Part shown: piece after piece, positions 26,001-36,658 of the stretch
Layout of the letters: every line of letters starts with the position of its first letter
How positions within the stretch are numbered: position 1 is the stretch's first letter
NCBI RefSeq assembly: GCF_003704095.1
Contig: NW_020845694.1
Location: forward strand, 496,001-560,000
Length of the DNA stretch: 64,000 nt
Source of the DNA: Pocillopora damicornis
Lineage: Eukaryota
Direction: 5' to 3'
Translations under genes and position numbers: made by a program
The notes under the pieces: generated by a model
What the model was told of the DNA's origin: nothing
What the model saw: the letters and a program-made list of their open reading frames with translations, nothing else
Databases searched by the model: none

Positions 26001-26491
26001 AAAAAAAGCAAAGCAAACGAGTGAGAAGAATTGAGTCACCAACTGTTAGTTTGATTCGATACCAAATTCTCAGAGGGAACGTCGAGAGAAAAATATAACC
26101 ATCAGTGATGAGAATTTATATTTTAAAAGTAAGATATGAAAGGTTCAAGTCCGCCGACTAATTTCACGTATTAAAAAATTTGTTAATTGAGGAATGGCTC
26201 ATCCAAAGAAGGCCACAAGAAAGATTAAACTTAGATCGTAACAACTTCCGATTTACAGTTTAAGTCACTTACCTTCACTCCGTCAAGTCGTGTTAATCCG
26301 GTTCGCCCGACAAATGTGGGACCTTCGTTAACACCATCATCAATCTCTCGTCGTTTACAAGCATGGTCGTTAGCAGAACAGCTCTCATGGCGAGAATTCG
26401 ATGGATCAGAATACTTATCTTGGCAAAGTGCAAATTTAAAGCTAACTAGAGATAAAATATATACAACTTTTACAGAATAGAATAAGGCCAT
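20007..26491 (-). CDS. P4HTM: Transmembrane prolyl 4-hydroxylase-like protein, paralog 3 (11 exons)
   Basis: Exons: 26491-26273, 25743-25665, 24567-24436, 23881-23805, 23420-23359, 23222-23188, 22479-22314, 21564-21507, 21205-21069, 20594-20504, 20285-20007. All GT-AG and in frame. Motifs [41 protein letters not shown]. Confidence 0.92.
21988..22219. repeat. Long inverted repeat (about 100-bp arms) carrying a hammerhead-like core; Penelope-type
   Basis: aagaaaatatgcgac...aagtgcataacaa pairs with ttgttatacacct...gtcgcatattttctt. The right arm contains CTGAAGA-t-gacag-aagaa-ctgtc-GAAAC-at-GTT (22162-22194). Confidence 0.85.
22987..23136 (-). mobile_element. Penelope-derived repeat with a minimal type I hammerhead motif
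   Basis: Reverse strand reads gctCTGATGAaaggctaacgctcGAAACGTCagc (23101-23134), followed by the acggtggccaattt...caactcagttgataa...tttctttagaaac body also present at 239-388, 15556-15655 and 42076-42160. Confidence 0.7.
25025..25628 (-). mobile_element. Deu/Nin-domain-like SINE, interrupted by the 25075-25372 SINE
   Basis: Reverse strand ggataaggacgaaaagctgtaggccccgtctc...acgttaaagaaccca...aagagtaggg resembles the Deu domain. (ATT)n tail at about 25025-25041. Confidence 0.6.
25075..25372 (+). mobile_element. tRNA-derived SINE (MetaSINE-like central domain) nested in an older SINE
   Basis: A box tggcctcgtggt, B box ggttcgagc, central cacccaggtgtacaaatgggtacc, tail ctttactttt. TSD cttacccattt (25060-25070) / cttatccattt (25374-25384). 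Confidence 0.8.
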
Positions 26492-28308
26492 CGTTGAAAT
26501 GTTCACGCGGATAATGGCGAAGTTTTGAAAAAAAAATATTTGTATGGTACCAGATTGACCCAGCAAGCCCCTGTTATAAATGATTAAAAATCCCCATGGG
26601 AGTCGGATCTCTTAATCGCTGGGATTTCAACCAGGAGTATGCAAATTTTAAAATTGTACTTGTCATTTGAGATTAAGTGTCGATATACCCTTGAAATGAA
26701 ACTCATTTTATCTGTAAATGTTTCACAGAAACTCAACAAACTGAGGTGTTAATAATGATTTTTTTGTTTTGATAACTTCTTGAGATCGACAGGTTTTAAC
26801 AGATTCAATAAACCAAACACTTCAACTTCTCACCAGGTGAGAAAACAACAATTTGCCTTTTATTCCGTTCTACTGCACAGGTTAACAGGCCCGTATACTA
26901 AGAACAATAGAATCAATTTTCTTACGCAGCTATTTGACCAATTCTTTAACTCTGTTCCTTAATCAAACACCGTCGCCTTCATTCATACCACGTGTTCTTT
27001 GACAAGTCAGTGTATGGAACCTGTCAGACAATCGCTTAAAACATTAAGCCACCAAACAAACAAAGTGTAACTAAAGTTTTACCCGGTGTGTTTATGAAAA
27101 AAAGGAAAATTTGTTCCACTTAGCTTTCCACGAGTAGTTTAGTTTTAGTTTCGACTTCAAGCGTGGAGGGCGCAGATGATTCCCCGACAAAGGAGTGACA
27201 GACATTGTAGTAACATGCATTTAATGCACATGATCCTCTCCTTAAAACAAGTAATCGATTTATGTGGAACTTTTCGTGAAAAGTTCCTTAAAGATCCCTT
27301 CATAATAGAGATTAGAAACAGAAGGCAAAATGAATTTCCTCACCGATACTTTAGTCCAGGCCCGCAGAGAACGGGGACTCCTGAATCAGCGGTACATAGC
27401 GCGAGGTATTGAGGTAGACTACGTTACGAGAGCTTGACAAGGCCTCTGACATGGTCTGCCAACTAGAACGTGATCGTATTTTTCTTCCAGGACATACACG
27501 TTCGTAGACAAGCCGTTAGGGTAGCCCGCAAGCCAGACAAGCTTTTATTCTATTTTAATTTTTTTTTGGAGTTTCAGTCACGCAATGAGGAACGTTTCCA
27601 GAAGTCTATCGTTGGTTTACGTGACGAACGTGACTAACCTAAAGATAGACCACATATATAACAAGGGCTGTTTATTGATACTTTACAGGCTGATACCAAG
27701 TTACGCTATACTGAACGATATGGGTGGTTTCTTTTTCCCTCAGTAGTCACAAAGGTGCACTTTTAAGTGTACAGGACACAGTCATCGCCAAGAAGAATTA
27801 AAACTAGCGTTAAATTTAATACTAGAATTAAGGTGTCGAAATAAAGAACGAAAATGTAGGCTATCCAGCTTGTTTTTCTCTTGAGCGCACAATCAATGTC
27901 AACACATGTCACGCAATCTTTCATTTCAAGTTCTTTTATTCCAAATGCAATATTTAGCAAATTTTAACATAGTAATGAATTCGAAATTACAAATACGATA
28001 CTTTGGCCTGTAGACAGAAACCGTTGCATGCTGCACTAACTTTCTTCATTCCGTTTCAGGCGCGTAGGATAGAACACGACACAACCGCGCGGTAACAGCT
28101 GTACTCAGTTGTTGTTTGACGGAGATCACCAGGCGAAATCAAAGACAATGTTTAAAACAATTGTTTCGTAATTAACCGTTTTAATGGTTATCAGAAGATC
28201 GCAACGGTCATACAATTCCATAAAAAGGCAATTAAATGGGCTAACCATGAAATTACAATTGAGTTCATGCGTATTCCTATAAAAGCGTTTTTTAAAAAGC
28301 CTTTTTCA

Positions 28309-28986
28309 TTACGCGTGCCTATAACAGCGAGAAAGCGCAGACTCTTTCTTTTGACAGGCATCAGGCTTAGTGCCTTGATAAGTGTCACACACAAGTCCCA
28401 GTAGATCAAACGTGGCCTCGTTTTGTATTTCATCGGTGTGTTTCCCGTTCAGCGTAATCCATGGAACGAAGTAATGGGGAGGATTGAGTGCGTTGGTCTT
28501 CAGAGCCATTTCATGCTCCAGGGCATTTCCCTGGGCACTCGAGTGGCACTTGTCAATGGAGGAGAAATCTATGCTAAATTGACTTGCACACTGCTCTGCT
28601 GCTGACACTGGATCGTATCCGGCGATGGTCGACTCCAGACAGTGGATGAAAGGAAAGTAAGATGTTGCATTCTGAAGGATAGAAATAGCGCATGTTTCGA
28701 TGAGGTTACCGACACATTCTGCCTCCCCGTGCTGACATGTAAATCGCCATTCATCCCCATAGCGACTCTCTTGTGCATTTCCATACGGCACGAGGATCAC
28801 CTCCATGATCTGGCCAACCTTCTGGAATGTTGGGTAGAACTGAGTCTCTATGAATTGCCTGCATCCTCCACACAGCGACTCGTAGTACAGCGCTATTTCA
28901 ACTTTTGGTGCAGCTACCGGTGTTCCGACACAGAACACAGGGAGGGCAGCCAGAAGGACGGAGAGCATGCACAGCTTGAATTTCAT
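28309..28986 (-). CDS. IFI30: Gamma-interferon-inducible lysosomal thiol reductase (GILT), copy 1, intronless
   Basis: Signal peptide MKFKLCMLSVLLAALPVFC, active site YYESLCGGC, signature CQHGEAECVGNLIETC, FVPWITLNG. First ATG at 28986, with a TATAAA about 50 bp upstream on the minus strand. Confidence 0.95.
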   Translation of the reverse strand: MKFKLCMLSVLLAALPVFCVGTPVAAPKVEIALYYESLCGGCRQFIETQFYPTFQKVGQIMEVILVPYGNAQESRYGDEWRFTCQHGEAECVGNLIETCAISILQNATSYFPFIHCLESTIAGYDPVSAAEQCASQFSIDFSSIDKCHSSAQGNALEHEMALKTNALNPPHYFVPWITLNGKHTDEIQNEATFDLLGLVCDTYQGTKPDACQKKESALSRCYRHA

Positions 28987-30964
28987 TTTAGCAACGAAAA
29001 GGATCACTGATTTTCATCAGAAGCATTCCAACCTTTATACCCAGGCATAGAGACGGCGCGTGACTTTCTCATGAAAAGCACATGGCTATATTGTGCCAGC
29101 GGTGTAATACCTAAAATGGTTCCAAAGTTGTTCCGGGGGTGGTTGGAGTTTGCATGATGGACAGGTAAGCATTGGTAACCTAAGCTGAACAATAAGCCTC
29201 CGTAAATAGTACATATGTTTGCGTTACGCAACAGTCGTAAAAAAAAAAAAAAGATTTGTTTAGGAATGAACGGCCGTATTCTTAACCTAAATATCTGCTC
29301 TAGTTTTGATTTAACTACCTTTCTCCCCTATGTGTTTATTCCTTCGACTCAAGAGAGTTTTCTCGGATTATTTACAGCCTTTTGGCTCGTTTTCAGTTCT
29401 CCCTTGTTCGAGATTGTGCTAGCCGTGAAGCTCAAATCTGATCCCCACCCCACCCCTGATAATCAATAATAACGACAGCAAGTGGAGGGGTCATTGTATT
29501 TGTTTTCTTCGTTTACCTATCGATTCCATTTTCGTTTATACTCTTAAACGCGTATTATGGCCGGTTTCACGGACTAATTAGATCAAGCCGGGACAATAAC
29601 GATAGATATTTGGCGTAGGGGTGATGAGTACTGGACCGGGGCAGGGGGAGGGAAAATAATTATTACTGCTTTTCCGGTTGCTCGCAGCGGGTTTGGCATC
29701 CAGGTCATGTGCTTTTCACGAGACTGATTTTTATTGCCCGAAATTGTCCTTCGTTTTTCAGCAACAAAAATTATTTGTTTATTTTCGTGCATTTTTTTTC
29801 TTTTTTTTAACGTTGGTTCAGTTCTCTCTCTGGCGCTGTACATACTGAACATCCCTTGAATTGCTTTTTAAAATTCTATGACTGTGGCCTTAGTAGCCTG
29901 TTAAGGTAGTATCCCTCTCATGCGTGTTTTTACGCGTGAGAGGGATGCGAAGAGCGCCTCCCCATGATTGCAACCAGTAAACGACAAATAATGCAGGCCC
30001 GAAACTAGTCCGGTATACTTAAGGTACAGAAAGGGTTACAGTTATTTCTGCGAGCAGCTGTGATCCTATCGGATCCTTGTGTTTGCGCAGAGCTTTCTGG
30101 GATCGCCAGGGGTCAAACATTGCAAGTGGCTGGAAGGAAACATATAAAACTGTATATGGCAAAAGGTTGCTTCGACGTCCCAAAGACAATTTTGGAGAGA
30201 TTTTTGAGAAACGGATTTAGGCATTGTTGTTTCGAGAGATATTAGATAGCTAGTTATGTAACGTGTCGAGACAATGACGATTGTACAATAAACCTTCTTT
30301 ATACTTCCCTCGTATCAAATCTAAATCCTAAATCCATTTCTGATGAGACAGCAGCGAATAAGCGTTTTTCTCTCTCCAAAACCCTTTTACCTCCTGTCGA
30401 AACAACCTTTGGCCATATTTATTTAGAATGAACTTCAGCGAAGGTTCGATTGAACATTTATTGGAGTGATTTGCGTACAGATCATTTTGATGTGTTAAAG
30501 ATTTCACATAACGATAAACGATCTCATTACGTTATAATAATAGATTAACAAGAAATTGTTCGAAATAAACCGGTGATAATAAACTGAACACTAACGAAAA
30601 TATTTTTGAGATTGAATGTCCTTTCGAAATTCGAGAACTTTTTCAGACAATCAAACTTCCTTTAGTAACTTGCCATGTTTGATCCCCGGCCTTTGCTAGG
30701 ATCCGATTACAGGAAAGTCATTCAATTCCTTAAGAAGTGGCTGTTATTTCTCAATTCCAAAAAAAAACCCGGTCAGATAAAGGAAATATTTCTAGAACAG
30801 AGAACGTTGGAAGACTTAAAGGCATGTGCTGAGTCATTTCTGTTTGTGGGGGGTTTCCGCATTCAATGAAAAAGTGAACGACAATTGATTAGACTCATTT
30901 CAATTCATTTAGTAGCCTTAATACAAAGTTACATAGGCGCGTTGCTGACAATAATATAATGTCG

Positions 30965-31693
30965 TCAATGCAGCTCACTCACTGGAGCCGCAACCCGCAG
31001 TGCCTTTTTTAACTCGATTAGAGGAAAAACCTTTTTGTAACATCGGCCAAACTCTTGCTTTTCACAATCCTTTGGCTTTGGTCCAGTGTAGTATTCACAG
31101 ACAAGCTTCAGCAAGTTTCTTTGGGCCATATTCTGAATCTTTTCAGTGTGCTTTCCATTTACGGTCACCCACGGAACGTACTGGTGCTGTGGCTCTAACG
31201 CATCCGTCATCGCGGCCATCTTGTGTTCCAGTTCGTTCCCCAAAGGACCACTCACGCAAGCTTCGATTGAATCATAGTCAATTTTCAGAGACTTGGCACA
31301 GCTCTGGGCCACTGTTGTAGGTTCTTCAGAACCCTCGATATTCTTCTCAAAGCAATAAACAAAAGATAGCGATGCCGAAATGTTCTTGAGGAGGGAAATG
31401 GCGCAAGTCTCAATGAGATTCCCCTCGCACTCTTTTGGCCCGTGTTGGCACTGAAAAACCCACTTGTCTCCAATCTTTCTTTCCTCGGCATTTCCATACG
31501 GGACAAGTGTCAGGTTTATTATATCGCTGACCTTGAGGTACGTTGGATAAAGCTGCTGTCTGATGAATAATTGGCAGTCAGGACACAAACTCTCGTAATA
31601 CAAGGCCAATTCTACTTTTGGTGCATCGTCAGGAAAGCTTGACGCAATGCCAGGCATAAGGCAAAGGAGACTCCACGCCAAAAGTCCGAACAT
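30965..31693 (-). CDS. IFI30: Gamma-interferon-inducible lysosomal thiol reductase (GILT), copy 2, intronless
   Basis: Signal peptide, active site YYESLCPDC, signature CQHGPKECEGNLIETC, YVPWVTVNG. 242-aa uninterrupted ORF. Confidence 0.95.
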   Translation of the reverse strand: MFGLLAWSLLCLMPGIASSFPDDAPKVELALYYESLCPDCQLFIRQQLYPTYLKVSDIINLTLVPYGNAEERKIGDKWVFQCQHGPKECEGNLIETCAISLLKNISASLSFVYCFEKNIEGSEEPTTVAQSCAKSLKIDYDSIEACVSGPLGNELEHKMAAMTDALEPQHQYVPWVTVNGKHTEKIQNMAQRNLLKLVCEYYTGPKPKDCEKQEFGRCYKKVFPLIELKKALRVAAPVSELH

Positions 31694-34685
31694 GGTTGAG
31701 TCGATTTGATGCAGTGAGGAAAATGTGATGTGCTATCGATATGCGTTGCTGTTTACAACACCCGGATAGTCTTTATTCGCTGAAAACGTCATAACACGTG
31801 TTAAATTTCAGTCACAAGACCATGTTGTTTTTGTTGTGTTAAGGCTTGCTAATCACGCATCTCATTAATCTGATTGCGATGAAAACCTTGCCCTTTAGGA
31901 CTTGTTGTTTTTGTTCGATTATGTAACCCTCAATACGTAGAAATAATACTTTTTCAGGAAGAAAAGCGCCAAACTAGCAATCATAAAAAGGGGGATAGAA
32001 TGGGGAACACAACAGCACATAAAGAGTCTTTTTTCCGGACGAAAAACTGAAAAACCTTTCGACTAAAAAATCCAAGATATTCGATCCGAAATGTTCTCAG
32101 TACTACTTTGACTGGTCTACATGGCAATGAAATTCTGATGTTTAAGTATGTGCGCTAATGGAGGAAAACTTCATTCGTTAGGATGATCATCAGACTGCTA
32201 AGCCAATGTTACATATTGAGGGGCTAGGAACTTGAACTTGTTCAGGAAATCAATTTAATTCTACTACGCTTCCAATGGATATATTGAATGAACAAAGTTT
32301 TCAAAAGCGCCTAGCGTCTTGATCCCATGACCCCTGGAGGAGAGGGCTGACCATAACAGTTTTACACCATTGTGCTTTGATATGAAGGCCACAAGGAAAT
32401 TAGTGAATTCTGTTTCCCCAAGGTTTCCACAGCAAAGAAAAATACATTTTCCGAACGCAGGGTGGCACACAACTTTACTGCGGTCTCAAGATGCACGATA
32501 TAAAAACTTCTGGTTGTTGCTTCCCTAGGGACCAGTGAGATTTGACCTATGGCACGTGACACGTACAAAAGTGTTGGAATTGGGAGGAATAACAAGGGAA
32601 GCAGAGAGTTTCGTTTTGCTTAAAACCCTGAAAGTTTACGGAGACGAAGCCGAGGGGAAAGGTGAGGTTTTAAGGAAAACAAAACTCACCCTTTTCTTGA
32701 GGTCAGTCATATTGGTGCTATGCATGGGTGAATTCTAGTAGACATTATTTCAAATTTCTACTTCCTAATTTTCGCTCGTGTTCGACTGGCGGGTAGCCCT
32801 TGTCATGCTCTTGGTTGGTGGAAATAATCCCAAGAGCGGTTGTACAGAAAACGGCGAAAGTCAGGGGAAGAAAAACCCAGTAGCGGCTGCTTCCGTGACA
32901 AACAGGACGGTTCTTTGTCACTCGCCCTCTTCCCCTCTCCTTTTCAAAAACCCAGTTCTGAGCAAGTTATGAGGCCATTAAGTGTGTGACAAAAAAGCAG
33001 AGAAATAAAATCAAATAATAAAGAAATGGATAGTGAAATGCAAAGATGTAAGAAAGAAATTAAATATTTGATGTGTTAAGTCAGATAATCCCGAACGTTA
33101 GCTTGATATCAGTCATTTTCCTTTTTACCACAAAAATTTCCAATTATGCGTAAAGATGAGTTAGGAGGAAAAATAAACTAAATGGGTAATTTCTTGAGCA
33201 AACCTAACATATTTGCAGAGGACTTGATATGCATGGGGCTGACAACAAAACTATAAAACACAAAGTCGATTTATCCCAAACGTCAGCTAGAAATGTCATT
33301 TTGTTTTTACCAGAACAATTTCCATATTAATAACTAAGTTAACCATTCGTTCGACTTCTTGAATGAGGCGACATTATTACACTATTACTTTGACAAAGCT
33401 TATTTTTGATTAAGAAATCTTTTCCTTAGAGACACTTACAGCCTCGGGGATTTTAAGTTTCTAAATATACAATTTTTTTTAGGTGCATTGCACCTTAAAA
33501 CACGCAGCACAACTGAAAGGTCCAGAACAAAACGCATGATTTTCATTTTTCATTTTTTTTTCATAAAATCTCGCGCAATTAATGTTTTGTCTTCATTGTT
33601 TGACAATTTTCGCGAGCAGCTGGACTTCTGGGCTTGTTTGCGATCTGAGCCAAGATTATAATTAGAGTTCTGCGTAATATTATTATTGCATGTAGTTGCG
33701 TTCGGCGAAGTAACATCTAAACCATTCACGGATATTTGACAAACTTAAGCTTATCCACCTCCGCTATATATTCTGCACGCCAGGCATTAAAACAGGTCAG
33801 TGAGTTATTTTCGTGTATAAGGTATTTTCTTATCGGTTTACAAATGGTTTAATCTTTTGCTGCTGAATTTATCTCACACTTAGTTAATAATACATGGGTA
33901 AGGACACTGAACGACAATCCTTTTTATTCTTCATCTTGGTTTTCGCAAAGTGCACCTGTTTCTAGTCTGATATGGTTGTCTGGAGATCGATGGAGTGATA
34001 ACTGATAGAGAATGTTATTAAGGAAACGGTGAAAACAATCCCTTCCAGTTTAATAGCTCGGTTAACGAAAGAGTATCAACGACGCATGATGAAATATTTT
34101 AATTATTCATACTGCCTTCGCCTGAAGCGAGACTTTTTGACAAATATAAGATGGACATTATTCCAACAACTGATGAACGGAATGTTATTTACCCTCTTAT
34201 GAAAATCCCAGAGAAAAAAGTTTTAAAAAAATCTGAATGGGAAAGGCTATCCAAATTGTTAACTTTAAACAATAAATTTTAGTTCAGTTTGATATTCTTG
34301 GATAAAATCGTCTCCGGCAGGCAGTATATTGACTTTGCTAAAGAGCAGCATGTATTAGAAGAAACATTCACATATCAAAGTCAAAAGCTCAGTCTCATTC
34401 CGCACTCCAGTGTAAGAGTCAGTATTTACTGATTAGAGGTTTTTCGTTGGGGCAAGAAAGTATCCTATGGAAAACAATTAAGAATACTCGAGCAAACAAC
34501 TGATCTAAAGCCTGCAGGAAAGAGAATCATTGCCAGGGCATCTTTAGTGGGCCTTCCTCATCTTCCTTCTTCAAAGAGATTTCTGTCAACAAAGAGAACT
34601 TCGCAACAACTAGCAATCATTAATCTGTTGTGATGAACGGCACGGCGTTAGAAGAAACTTCAGACTTCAGAAATACTTGTTAGAT

Positions 34686-35750
34686 ATGTACTCCAATCAG
34701 CCTGGTGAGAATTCAACCCAACAAAGTGATCACCCGCTTGTTTGTGTGTCAAAACCATTATCCGTTTTTATCTTCGTTATCTATGCCGCTGTTTTCTTTC
34801 TTGGGGTGTTTGGGAATTTTTTGGTCATATTCATCGTATCCAGAGATTCCAAGCTGCATACGCCATTTAATTACTTAGTTGTCAACCTGGCTGTTTCTGA
34901 CACGTTTGTTCTGCTCTTTTCGTTGCCGATTGTCGTATTCAGTGAATGTTTTTCATGGCCTTTTGATGAGTTTCTATGCAAGTTGTCTCGTCCATCGTTT
35001 CTCATTTTTACGGGTGTTTCTGTTTGCACGATGGTAGCTCTGAGTTTCGAAAGATATCAAGCAATAGTGCATCCTCTGGCACTAAAAATGACACGTGGAA
35101 GGGCGTTTTTCATCATCGTGTTTGTGTGGGTTTTGTCGTGTTTTGCATTTGGCCTTCCAAGGTTTTTTGTATTTGGACTAACAACTGAGAAAGGAATTTT
35201 ACAGTGTGACCCAATCAAGCAGAGTTTCGCCATAAGGACAGTGACGAAGATATTCCGGCTTATCATGACGTTAATTTTGCCTTGTATCGTTTTATCATGG
35301 GCGTATAGCCGAGTAATGCACAAGCTTAGAAACGAGCTCGCCTTCATTGCAGACGCATTTGCATCACGTGACATAGAGAGGATGCGAACCACGAGGAACA
35401 TCAAAACAATGCGCCTACTTGTAATAATTATTGTCGTGTTTGTCGTTTGCTTTTTGCCTTTCAACATTGTCACATTATTTGGCAGTCTCCCTGTGTATGC
35501 CGAATGGCATTACAATGAAACGATCGAGAATATGGCCCGGATGTTTCAAGTGTCTCACAGCTGCTTCAATCCCATGATCCTCTGTTCACTGGGCTCAGAA
35601 TTTCAAAAGGCTTTGAAAGAATTGTGTGTATGTTTACTCGGCAAAAACGTGCTGAAAAGCAAAAGAAAAGCCTACGTTTTACCACAAATTCGGCAAAGTC
35701 GTACTTCGACGTCGCCGGCAAACACCAATTCATTTGATACCAGTTTGTGA
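34686..35750 (+). CDS. Class A GPCR, neuropeptide-receptor-like, single coding exon
   Basis: GVFGN (TM1), NLAVSD (TM2), WPFDEFLC, SFERY, CFLPF, NPMIL; N-terminal NST sequon. First ATG at 34686. Confidence 0.92.
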   Translation: MYSNQPGENSTQQSDHPLVCVSKPLSVFIFVIYAAVFFLGVFGNFLVIFIVSRDSKLHTPFNYLVVNLAVSDTFVLLFSLPIVVFSECFSWPFDEFLCKLSRPSFLIFTGVSVCTMVALSFERYQAIVHPLALKMTRGRAFFIIVFVWVLSCFAFGLPRFFVFGLTTEKGILQCDPIKQSFAIRTVTKIFRLIMTLILPCIVLSWAYSRVMHKLRNELAFIADAFASRDIERMRTTRNIKTMRLLVIIIVVFVVCFLPFNIVTLFGSLPVYAEWHYNETIENMARMFQVSHSCFNPMILCSLGSEFQKALKELCVCLLGKNVLKSKRKAYVLPQIRQSRTSTSPANTNSFDTSL

Positions 35751-35806
35751 CTGCTGTGGAGTTCTTGTTTAATACACATAATTTTTCCAGCAGGTAAACA
35801 ATAATC

Positions 35807-35879
35807 GCCCGGTTAGCTCAGTCGGTAGAGCATCAGACTTTTAATCTGAGGGTCATGGGTTCAAGTCCCATATCGGGCG
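35807..35879 (+). tRNA. trnK-UUU: tRNA-Lys(UUU)
   Basis: GCCCGGT...ATCGGGCG acceptor stem, TCAGA-CTTTTAA-TCTGA anticodon arm, GGTTCAAGTCC T-loop, T-run downstream. Confidence 0.96.
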
Positions 35880-36658
35880 CTTTAAAAATTTTTGTTAATC
35901 AAAACTTGAGTTGTTCCTGTAATGGATGATATAGGATGGAAAATAAAAAAGAACTACAAATAATTTTTTTTCACTATTCCGTGAAGAAGCCTTGTATATT
36001 TGGTTGAAATTTGCTATGGCTTTGACACCAAAAACAACAATTGAAAGCAAAACAATTCTTCTCTCTTTTACCTATAAAACAATCCTTTTGTTTATTCAAC
36101 GAAAATCAAGATCGGCAAAGAAAGCCTTACATTCTTTTATTGCCTTAATTGAGTTAAAATGGTCTACGTCAGAGTAGTGGTTGTCTTTGGTCCGTCTTAA
36201 TCTCGTACCCAGATCCACAGTGTAGGATCTTGCAACCGCTTGGCCGTGAAAGATTTCGATATGTACGAGACTAGGTCCGTCTGATATTTTGTATTTGATG
36301 TCATGTAAAGAGTTATTGTCTTTGCCACAAGGTGATTTCTTCTGCTGTGAGTTTGAGATCCCATATGATATTAACCTTGAGTTTATAACGATTCAGTAAT
36401 CATAAAATTTGATTAGATTTATTTTCTGTACGTAATAAAGAATCAAAGATTGCGGCTTATTTGAATGGATTTTAAGGGGTAAAAACTCACTCGTTTAAAG
36501 TACCATCCAGAGCTATTTCTTGCGAGTAATAATATTTTTTTTTGACACGGCATGCTCTTACATTTTGTCCTCCCTTCTCAGTAGGTGTTTAAAACATTCT
36601 GAGAGAAACACCAGCCAGCGCCCTTGATCAGTCTTATTTATGAGTTTGTATGCCATGT

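Noticed and set aside
27175-27395. Resemblance to the RNase MRP P4 strands (ttccccg / cggggactc)
   Set aside because: The CR-I GnAAnnUC consensus is not met, P1 pairing is weak, and the GARAR-like loop is in the wrong order.
27515-27522. ACCCTAAC on the minus strand as a telomerase RNA template
   Set aside because: No U-rich/A-rich pseudoknot, CR4/5 or H/ACA elements are visible downstream.
35057-35473. Antisense ORFs overlapping the GPCR and GILT genes (also 3589-3822, 28642-29010, 31000-31320, 37017-37259)
   Set aside because: These are shadow ORFs of real coding sequence with no motifs of their own.
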